Shown: positions 57,683 through 64,000 of the stretch, one piece after another
How the letters are laid out: every line of letters starts with the position of its first letter
How positions within the stretch are numbered: the first letter of the stretch is position 1
NCBI GenBank assembly: GCA_027067555.1
Contig: JAMOVU010000177.1
Coordinates: 2,996 to 66,995 of the forward strand
Direction of reading: 5' to 3'
Origin: Candidatus Aminicenantes bacterium
Lineage (GTDB): Bacteria > Acidobacteriota > Aminicenantia > JAMOAD01
DNA length: 64,000 nt
Program-made: the position numbers and the translations under genes
The notes under the pieces: model-generated
Told to the model about the DNA's origin: nothing
Seen by the model: only the letters and a program-made list of their open reading frames with translations
Databases searched by the model: none

Positions 57683-57757
57683 TCGGGGCGAGTGGATTTG
57701 AACCACCGACCCCCTGCTCCCAAGGCAGGTGCGCTATCCAGGCTGCGCCACGCCCCG
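57683..57757 (-). tRNA. tRNA-Pro(TGG); 3' CCA not encoded
   Basis: Acceptor CGGGGCG/CGCCCCG, anticodon stem CCTGC/GCAGG with loop CTTGGGA, T-loop GGTTCAAATCC. Confidence 0.95.
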
Positions 57758-57769
57758 CAAAAGTCTGTT

Positions 57770-57798
57770 AATATACCATAATTTGACTACTATATCAA
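57770..57798 (-). promoter_or_regulatory. Putative sigma70 promoter of the tRNA-Pro/tRNA-Arg pair
   Basis: Minus strand TTGATA-17 nt-TATATT with extended TG, a few nt upstream of tRNA-Pro. Confidence 0.55.
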
Positions 57799-57837
57799 TA
57801 TCCTTTATTTGTTTTTTTAGAAGTTTTTAATTAGTTC

Positions 57838-58551
57838 TTATCTTACTATCTCAATCATACCGAAACCATAGCTATTGAGCTGTCCGATACCCCAATCATA
57901 GGCAATTTGAATTATTTCTTTATTACCTGACATGGTAAAGGGTGAAAGCCATGCTTTATACTTTTTCCCCTTAATTTCAACTAATTTTGAAATTTTTCTT
58001 TTTTTTATGAGATAGTTTTTATCAAATTGAATATATAGATGGGATTTTTGAGGGAGTTTTCCATAAATTCTTCTGAATTTTTCAATGAGATTTGTTCTTA
58101 TTAAATTGTAAAATTCACTGTCATGGGGATTTAAAAAAATCTCTTTTTCCTCTTTTTCTTTTGTAATGTATTTTTTGTAAACAGTTATAGGTGAAAGACA
58201 CTTGAATTTATTAATTTCATTATCTGCTTCAAAAGGTGGAAATATAACTGTTTTTTCAATGGTAAGCTCGGTTTCGAACAGAGATATTTTGGGATTGTTT
58301 TTAAAAAAGTTCTCAATTACTTTTATATAGTTTTCGATTGGTGATGTTATGTAAAGAACAATAGGGTTTCTTAGGAAAATTCCTTCATCTGAGATTTCTC
58401 TATTCATTGATCTGAATGGAGAAAAATTAAAGTAAGGCTCTTCAATACCTGCCTTTTTGAGGATTTCCCTTATAAAAAAAGATGTTTCATAAGCCCTTTT
58501 AAAGGGAACAAAGAATCCATTGTCACTTGAGATTTGTATTTTAATCCTCAT
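57838..58551 (-). CDS. cas6: Orphan Cas6-like RAMP endoribonuclease homolog (no array or other cas genes in window)
   Basis: C-terminal Gly-rich loop AYDWGIGQLNSYGFGMIE; KFKCLSPITV; EFYNLIRTNLIEKF; LYITSP; MRIKI N-terminus; 237 aa from ATG 58551. Confidence 0.85.
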   Translation of the reverse strand: MRIKIQISSDNGFFVPFKRAYETSFFIREILKKAGIEEPYFNFSPFRSMNREISDEGIFLRNPIVLYITSPIENYIKVIENFFKNNPKISLFETELTIEKTVIFPPFEADNEINKFKCLSPITVYKKYITKEKEEKEIFLNPHDSEFYNLIRTNLIEKFRRIYGKLPQKSHLYIQFDKNYLIKKRKISKLVEIKGKKYKAWLSPFTMSGNKEIIQIAYDWGIGQLNSYGFGMIEIVR

Positions 58552-58558
58552 TATAATA

Positions 58559-58587
58559 AGGATAAAAATATTTTTTAATATTGTCAA
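58559..58587 (-). promoter_or_regulatory. Putative sigma70 promoter of the cas6-like gene (TTGACA-17-TATCCT), 7 nt before the ATG
   Basis: Perfect -35 TTGACA at 58587-58582, exact 17-nt spacer, no SD before the ATG. Confidence 0.65.
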
Positions 58588-58621
58588 GCAGTATTTAATT
58601 TTTTAAAAATTTTTTGATTTA

Positions 58622-58650
58622 TTGCTGGAAAATTTGAAAAGTGGTAGAAT
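58622..58650 (+). promoter_or_regulatory. Putative sigma70 promoter of the ferritin-like/LOG/MBL operon
   Basis: TTGCTG-17-TAGAAT with extended TG. Confidence 0.5.
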
Positions 58651-58677
58651 TAAAAAACTTATTTTAAGGAGAGAAAG

Positions 58678-59136
58678 ATGAGTAATACATTTAATTCAAT
58701 CGAGGATATTTTAGATTTTGCAGTTGAAAAGGAGTATGAAGCAAGGGATTTTTATAATGAGTGGGCGGAAAAAGTTAAAAATGAAACTTTAAAAGAAGTT
58801 TTAAAATCATTTGCCGCTGAGGAACAAAAACATGCAAATCTTATAAATGAAGTGAAAGCCGGTAAAAAATTTAAACCTCAGGAAGGAAAAATCACAAATT
58901 TGAAAATATCCGATTATCTTGTGGATTATACCCCTTCCGAAGATATGAGCTATCAGGATGCCCTTATAGTTGCTATGAAAAGAGAGAAGGCTGCTTTTAA
59001 GCTTTACACTGATCTGGCAGAGTCATCTGATGATGAAAATATAAAGCAGCTTTTTAATGCTCTTGCTCAGGAAGAGGCAAAACATAAGCTTAGACTTGAA
59101 ACAATTTATGATGATGTAGCATACCCGGAAAACTGA
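58678..59136 (+). CDS. Ferritin-like di-iron protein (rubrerythrin family, no rubredoxin domain)
   Basis: EKEYEARDFY...EEQKH; KREKAAFKLY...EEAKH. Confidence 0.9.
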   Translation: MSNTFNSIEDILDFAVEKEYEARDFYNEWAEKVKNETLKEVLKSFAAEEQKHANLINEVKAGKKFKPQEGKITNLKISDYLVDYTPSEDMSYQDALIVAMKREKAAFKLYTDLAESSDDENIKQLFNALAQEEAKHKLRLETIYDDVAYPEN

Positions 59137-59138
59137 AA

Positions 59139-59960
59139 TTGAAAAAAAGAAAAGTAGAAAAACCTAAAAAGGCATATAAAAACGAAGAATTTTTAACGAG
59201 CAGGGAAGCAAGAGTTATCAGGATTCTTGCGGAATACATAGAGCCTGAGACAAGGTTTGAAAAATTCAATGTAAAAGATACTATCGTTTTTTTTGGTTCA
59301 GCCCGTATTATTTCCGAAAAAGAAGCTTTGAAAAACCTTGAAATTTTGGAAAAAAAGAAGAAAACTGAGAGAATTAAAAAATTACTTGACGAGGCAAGAA
59401 AAGATCTTGTTTTTTCAAAATATTACGAGGCAGCAAAGGAGCTTGCCAAAAAGATTACCCATTGGTCAAAAGAGATTCACAATAGTGAGCATAGATTTAT
59501 TGTTTGCTCCGGAGGGGGGCCGGGAATTATGGAAGCTGCCAACAAGGGAGCGGCAGAGGCTGGAGGCGTTTCAATTGGGCTTAATATAAGCCTTCCTTTT
59601 GAACAAATGCCCAACCCTTATATCACAAGAGAGCTTGCTTTTGAATTTCACTATTTTTTTATGCGTAAATTCTGGTTTGTTTATCTGGCAAAGGCTATTA
59701 TTGTTTTTCCAGGTGGTTTTGGAACAATGGATGAATTTTTTGAGCTTTTAACTCTTATTCAAACAAAAAAATTGGAAAAACACATACCGATAGTGCTCTT
59801 TGGCAAGGAGTATTGGGATGAGATAATAAATTTTGATGCACTTGTTAAGTGGGGGACTATAAGTGCCGAAGATTTGAATCTTTTTAAGTTTTTTGATGAT
59901 GTGGATGAAGCCTTTAATTATATAAAAGAAGAGCTAACAAGAGAATATTTAAAACAATAA
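59139..59960 (+). CDS. LOG-family (TIGR00730) nucleotide phosphoribohydrolase
   Basis: VFFGSAR, SGGGPGIMEAAN, FHYFFMRK, PGGFGTMDE. Confidence 0.92.
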   Translation: MKKRKVEKPKKAYKNEEFLTSREARVIRILAEYIEPETRFEKFNVKDTIVFFGSARIISEKEALKNLEILEKKKKTERIKKLLDEARKDLVFSKYYEAAKELAKKITHWSKEIHNSEHRFIVCSGGGPGIMEAANKGAAEAGGVSIGLNISLPFEQMPNPYITRELAFEFHYFFMRKFWFVYLAKAIIVFPGGFGTMDEFFELLTLIQTKKLEKHIPIVLFGKEYWDEIINFDALVKWGTISAEDLNLFKFFDDVDEAFNYIKEELTREYLKQ

Positions 59961-60649
59961 TGAAAGTATTTATTGTTTTTGACAATAGGGCAAACGAAGG
60001 GTTCAGAAAGGGATGGGGACTTTCACTTTTTATAAGGGGAAAAAATAAAAGTATTTTATTTGATACAGGTTGTAGCGGAGAGGATTTATTGTACAATCTT
60101 GATAAATTTGGAATAAAACCAACTGATTTTTCTGATGTTGTAATTTCTCACGGACATTGGGATCACACAGGTGGTATTTTTTCTCTTTTAAATAGTGATG
60201 CTTATGATTTTTATGTGGGGGAAAGTTTCAGTAAAAAGTTTGCATTTGAGATAGAGCAGAGAAATGGGCATGTTTACAGAGGGGGGGATTGGAGGAAAAT
60301 CTCCGACGAATTTTACATAACACCGGAACTCAAAGAAAATTTCCCTGAGCAAGCTTTGGTGTACAATGGAGATGAGTTTTCCTTTTTATTTGTGGGATGC
60401 TCCCATCCAGAGGTTGAAAATTTTGCTGAGCTTACTTACATAAAATTTAAGAAACCACTTTACATCATGGGAGGTTTCCACTTTTATCCTCTGTCGGAAG
60501 GGAAAATTGAAGAAAGGGTTAAAAAGTTTGAAAGTTTACATATAAAGAGTATTTATCCTTTACATTGTACGGGAGAAATTGGAATAAAAATTGTTCTAAG
60601 GAGAGTAACCGGTAAAAGTTTACAAGCCGGCGATATACTGGAATTCTGA
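59960..60649 (+). CDS. MBL-fold metallo-hydrolase
   Basis: GWGLSLFI, LFDTG, SHGHWDHTGG, GCSHP, GGFH, HCTG. Confidence 0.9.
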   Translation: MKVFIVFDNRANEGFRKGWGLSLFIRGKNKSILFDTGCSGEDLLYNLDKFGIKPTDFSDVVISHGHWDHTGGIFSLLNSDAYDFYVGESFSKKFAFEIEQRNGHVYRGGDWRKISDEFYITPELKENFPEQALVYNGDEFSFLFVGCSHPEVENFAELTYIKFKKPLYIMGGFHFYPLSEGKIEERVKKFESLHIKSIYPLHCTGEIGIKIVLRRVTGKSLQAGDILEF

Positions 60650-60844
60650 TGGATTTTGGGTTTTCCTTATCCGGAAAATTTAAAGGGGCGTAATAATTAA
60701 TTTACTATTGATAGAAAAAATTAACAAAACTATTAACCAATGTTTTTTGAGATAGTAGTTTTTAAAATGATTTTAGTTTTTTTTTCTTTTGGAATGAAAT
60801 TTGTTAATGTCTTTTTTGCAACTTCTAAATAAAGGAGGTGTATT

Positions 60845-61900
60845 ATGAAAAAGAAAACTGTCCTTTTTTTTATCGCTGTATTTTTTATTTTTAACGGATT
60901 TATTCTTTTATCTCAGGAACTTAAAACCGGTGAATCAAAAAAGTTTGTGCCTGGCGACAAGCTTTTGTTTCAGGAAGATTTTTCCAAGTGCCCCGTAGGA
61001 GAGATTCCAATATCTTTTGATAAAATTAAGGGTGCCGGTGAGTGTGTAAGGTATGGAGACAATATTTATTTTACATCTATTAACGGAGATCTAAAGCTTT
61101 TTAAAAGGCTTTTTTTAGGCAATGATGAGTTTTCTGTTGAATTTGATGTTTTGTTTTTAAAGGGGGAATGCGGAGAACTGGAAGTAAGTTTCTACGAAGG
61201 AGAGAAAGTTGGAGATAGACATATCCCTTATAATGTTAGTGTTGGGCCGGGATGTACCGGAGAGGCTGTTTATGTTGGATTGGAAAATATGGGGAAAATT
61301 TTCAAATCTGATTACAAAAGTTTAAAAAGAAAAATTCATATGGCAATACAAGTAAGGCGTAAACAGATGAGAGTATTTCTGAATGGAAAGAGACTTTCGA
61401 TGATACTTTTCAAAGGTAATGTAAAATCCGTGGGTTTTCATATAAGGGGTAAATATAGTGAACTAATAACAAATATAAGAATTGCTAAATATTCTAACAA
61501 AGAGGAAAAACCTTCTCCTGAAAAACTTGGAATAAAAGTTGAAAAAACAGGGGGGGAAATAAAATTGACGATTCCTGAAAAACTTCTTTTTGATTTTAAT
61601 AAATTTTTCTTGAAGCCTGAAGCGAAAAAAGCCCTTGAGGTTATTGCTGATATCTTGAAAAAAGATAAGAATAAAAAAATCCTTATAACAGGGTATACTG
61701 ATAATATAGGGAGTAAAACATATAATCTCAGACTTTCATTGCAGAGGGCTCAGAGTGTTGCGGATTATTTGGTTTATGTGGAAGGCATAAATTCAGAAAG
61801 AATAAAAATAGTGGGGAAAGGAGAATCCAATCCTATTGCGGATAATTCAACTGAAAAAGGGAGAGCGATTAACAGAAGAGTAGAAATAAAAATTTACTAA
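60845..61900 (+). CDS. OmpA-family peptidoglycan-binding protein with N-terminal beta-sandwich domain
   Basis: Signal peptide; LLFDFNK, ITGYTDNIG, YNLRLSLQRAQSV, GKGESNPIADN, NRRVEI. Confidence 0.9.
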   Translation: MKKKTVLFFIAVFFIFNGFILLSQELKTGESKKFVPGDKLLFQEDFSKCPVGEIPISFDKIKGAGECVRYGDNIYFTSINGDLKLFKRLFLGNDEFSVEFDVLFLKGECGELEVSFYEGEKVGDRHIPYNVSVGPGCTGEAVYVGLENMGKIFKSDYKSLKRKIHMAIQVRRKQMRVFLNGKRLSMILFKGNVKSVGFHIRGKYSELITNIRIAKYSNKEEKPSPEKLGIKVEKTGGEIKLTIPEKLLFDFNKFFLKPEAKKALEVIADILKKDKNKKILITGYTDNIGSKTYNLRLSLQRAQSVADYLVYVEGINSERIKIVGKGESNPIADNSTEKGRAINRRVEIKIY

Positions 61901-62034
61901 ATTAAAAAAAAGAATCATTTTGTTTTTTATAGAGAGGACATTTACTAAAAATCAATCTTTCTGGCTTGATTATTTTTAAAAAATAAAATAATATTTACAC
62001 ATTACAATTGTCTGCTATCCATGGGAGATTCAAT

Positions 62035-64000
62035 ATGAAAAAGATGATGGTAGGAATGCTTTTTTTATTTGTATTTTCTTTTAAATTAAAAACTGCATAC
62101 ATGAGTCCGAGAATAAGGATTCCTTATATTAAAAAGTCTGTAAAAATTGATGGGTATTTGGATGAGTCTGTCTGGTCAGAAGCCGCTAAAATTTCAGGTC
62201 TTCATCAGCAGGAACCAGTTGAAAATTCAAAGGAGAGTGAGCACACAGAAATTTATATATTTTACAATGATAATTATATTTATTTCGGGGTGAAATGCTT
62301 TGATAAAGAGCCTAAAAATATAACTGCATACAGTATGAAAAGAGATTTTGAGGTTCAGAATGATGATAATATAATGATTTTGCTTGACCCTTTTAATGAT
62401 AGAAGAAATGCTTATGTTTTTGCAGTGAACCCCAATGGAGCGAAATTTGACGGGCTTGTTGTTAATAATTCAGAAAGAATCTATGATTCTTGGGATGGTA
62501 TCTGGTATGCCTCCGCAAGAAAGGGGAGAGACGGCTGGTATGCTGAAATTGCAATCCCATTTAAAACACTGACTTTTAATAGAAATATAAATAAATGGGG
62601 TTTTAATATAAAAAGGAAGATAAAGAGAAAAATAGAAGAGGATCGCTGGGCATCTCCTTTTCATCAGGTGTACTTTACAAAAGTTGCAGAGTCCGGATTT
62701 TTAACGGGAATAAAAGGGGTAAAACAGGGAAGAGGGCTTGATATAAGACCTTATGGTCTTATAGGAGAGCAAAAAAAAGATATGGGTTCAGAAAGCAAAT
62801 TTAACTATGATGGAGGACTTGATGTTTTTTACAACATAACACCTGCCCTTAAAGCATCTCTTACATATAACACTGATTTTGCTGAAACAGAGGTTGATGA
62901 AAGAAGAATAAATCTTACGAGATTTCCGCTATTCTTTCCAGAAAAAAGAAGGTTTTTTCTTGAGGGAAGTGATATTTTCTCTTTTAATGGAGCTCATCCA
63001 TTTTCTTTTCTCCCTTTTCATTCAAGAAGGATTGGTTTGATTGAGGGTGAGCAAATCCCGATTTTGGCAGGAGCTAAAATTACAGGTAGGGCAGGTGACT
63101 ATAATATAGGTTTTCTTGATATAAGGACAAGGGATTATGAAGATTTACCCGGAAAAAACTTTATGGTAGCAAGGGTATCAAAAAATATTTTGAGTGAATC
63201 TACAGTCGGTTTTATATATACCTCGGGAAACCCAGAGGGAGATTCCAATAATTCTTTAATAGGGGTGGATTTTAAGTATGGAACATCAAAATTTTTAAAA
63301 GATAAAAATCTTTTTATCGTTGGTTATTATGTGAGAAGCTTTTCGAATGATATTGGAAATGATTCAGCTTACGGAATCTCAATAGATTTTCCAAATGATA
63401 CGGTGGATAATTATTTTAGCTTTTTTACAATAGGAGAAAATTTTTATCCTGCCCTCGGATTTGTAAGAAGAAGGGGAATAAGAAATTATCACTTTGGTTT
63501 ATCGTATAATCCAAGAGTAAATGGTAGCCTCATTAGACAATTTTTCTTTGAGCTCAGAGGTGGTGTCACAACAGATCTGGAAGGAAAAACTATTGCCTGG
63601 CATTTATTTACAGCTCCTTTGAATGTAAAGTTACAATCGGGAGAGCATATTGAGTTTAACTATATGCCTGATTATGATCTTCTTGATTTTCCTTTTGAGA
63701 TACATGAAGGAATAATTATTCCTCCGGGTAATTACACTATGAACAGATTCAGATTTGAGTTAAACACTTCAAAAAAGAGGCCATGGGTTTTTGACCTTTC
63801 GGCAAGATTTGGTGAGTATTACACAGGAAAGTCCTTAACTCTTGAGACCGGCTTTAAATTGAAAATAGGAAGCAAAATCCATCTTGAACTTTTAAGGGAG
63901 GGGAATTATGTGAGATTAAAAGAGGGTGATTTTGATGTTCAGGTTATAAGAATAAAATTTGATTTTTACTTTTCTCCGAAGCTCTATTTTCAAAACTATG
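62035..64000 (+). CDS. CBM9-like/DUF5916 secreted protein (3' truncated by window edge; absent from the ORF track)
   Basis: ATG 62035 MKKMMVG..., KIDGYLDESVW, GWYAEIAIPF, NTDFAETEVDERRINLTRFPLFFPEKRRFFLEG; frame appears open to the end. Confidence 0.85.
   Translation, partial: MKKMMVGMLFLFVFSFKLKTAYMSPRIRIPYIKKSVKIDGYLDESVWSEAAKISGLHQQEPVENSKESEHTEIYIFYNDNYIYFGVKCFDKEPKNITAYSMKRDFEVQNDDNIMILLDPFNDRRNAYVFAVNPNGAKFDGLVVNNSERIYDSWDGIWYASARKGRDGWYAEIAIPFKTLTFNRNINKWGFNIKRKIKRKIEEDRWASPFHQVYFTKVAESGFLTGIKGVKQGRGLDIRPYGLIGEQKKDMGSESKFNYDGGLDVFYNITPALKASLTYNTDFAETEVDERRINLTRFPLFFPEKRRFFLEGSDIFSFNGAHPFSFLPFHSRRIGLIEGEQIPILAGAKITGRAGDYNIGFLDIRTRDYEDLPGKNFMVARVSKNILSESTVGFIYTSGNPEGDSNNSLIGVDFKYGTSKFLKDKNLFIVGYYVRSFSNDIGNDSAYGISIDFPNDTVDNYFSFFTIGENFYPALGFVRRRGIRNYHFGLSYNPRVNGSLIRQFFFELRGGVTTDLEGKTIAWHLFTAPLNVKLQSGEHIEFNYMPDYDLLDFPFEIHEGIIIPPGNYTMNRFRFELNTSKKRPWVFDLSARFGEYYTGKSLTLETGFKLKIGSKIHLELLREGNYVRLKEGDFDVQVIRIKFDFYFSPKLYFQNY

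Noticed and set aside
9321-57757. Near-identical 3' halves of the two tRNA-Pro genes as attL/attR of a 48-kb integrated element
   Set aside because: Both are complete tRNAs with different anticodons (GGG, TGG), and the intervening DNA is housekeeping with uniform composition
9297-58587. Extended ORF-track starts for surE (9362), WYL (10899), NifX (34413), DUF4097 (55327) and cas6 (58587)
   Set aside because: They overlap a tRNA, enhancer or promoter elements; downstream ATGs match family N-termini
9847-58587. WYL regulator and cas6 as one defence locus
   Set aside because: About 47 kb apart with unrelated housekeeping genes between; no shared motif seen
57546-58677. CRISPR array or mini-array near the cas6-like gene
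   Set aside because: Intergenic gaps are short and hold only tRNAs, promoters and AT-rich filler; no 23-47 nt repeats with spacers are seen here or elsewhere in the window
60790-60805. TGGAATG-AAAT-TTGTT upstream of the OmpA gene as a sigma54 promoter
   Set aside because: Mismatches in both boxes and no evident enhancer or adjacent activator; too weak to call
1664-62664. Numerous short antisense or out-of-frame ORFs in the track (e.g. 6262-6867, 33652-34041, 42824-43345, 54846-55157, 62470-62664)
   Set aside because: Fully overlap well-supported genes and have no recognizable motifs

Overview
AT-rich chromosomal segment (about 30% GC by eye) from a flagellated, diderm, probably anaerobic and thermophilic bacterium. 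The Lys/Glu-rich proteome, DUF5916 paralogs and compatible-solute genes suggest an Acidobacteriota/Aminicenantes-like lineage (inference only). Contents in order: end of a flagellar/chemotaxis operon (flhF-flhG-fliA-fliM-fliY/N-cheR-HDOD-HDOD-cheB); surE/tRNA-Pro/merR; a solitary WYL regulator; xerC; an aminotransferase III + kinase-fold + Ntn-hydrolase operon; ddl-ruvX-mltG plus a frameshifted acyltransferase; rodZ-truA; a sigma54 activator divergent from a NifX/oxidoreductase/Gly-Arg-rich operon; a glucosylglycerate-type operon; an ECF sigma/anti-sigma/HtrA-like operon; a surface-glycan cluster; an orphan Cas6-like gene directly upstream of tRNA-Pro and tRNA-Arg; and a partial DUF5916 gene at the right edge. 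I found no CRISPR array, prophage or IS element. Best leads: (1) a stand-alone Cas6 homolog lacking the usual catalytic His segment, with its own promoter, pointing into two tRNA genes; (2) the sigma54-controlled NifX/disulfide-reductase operon with GRGF low-complexity tails; (3) the kinase-fold/PLP-enzyme/Ntn-hydrolase trio; (4) an HtrA pseudoprotease; (5) many apparently leaderless genes. All family calls come from motif recognition by eye; no database searches were run.
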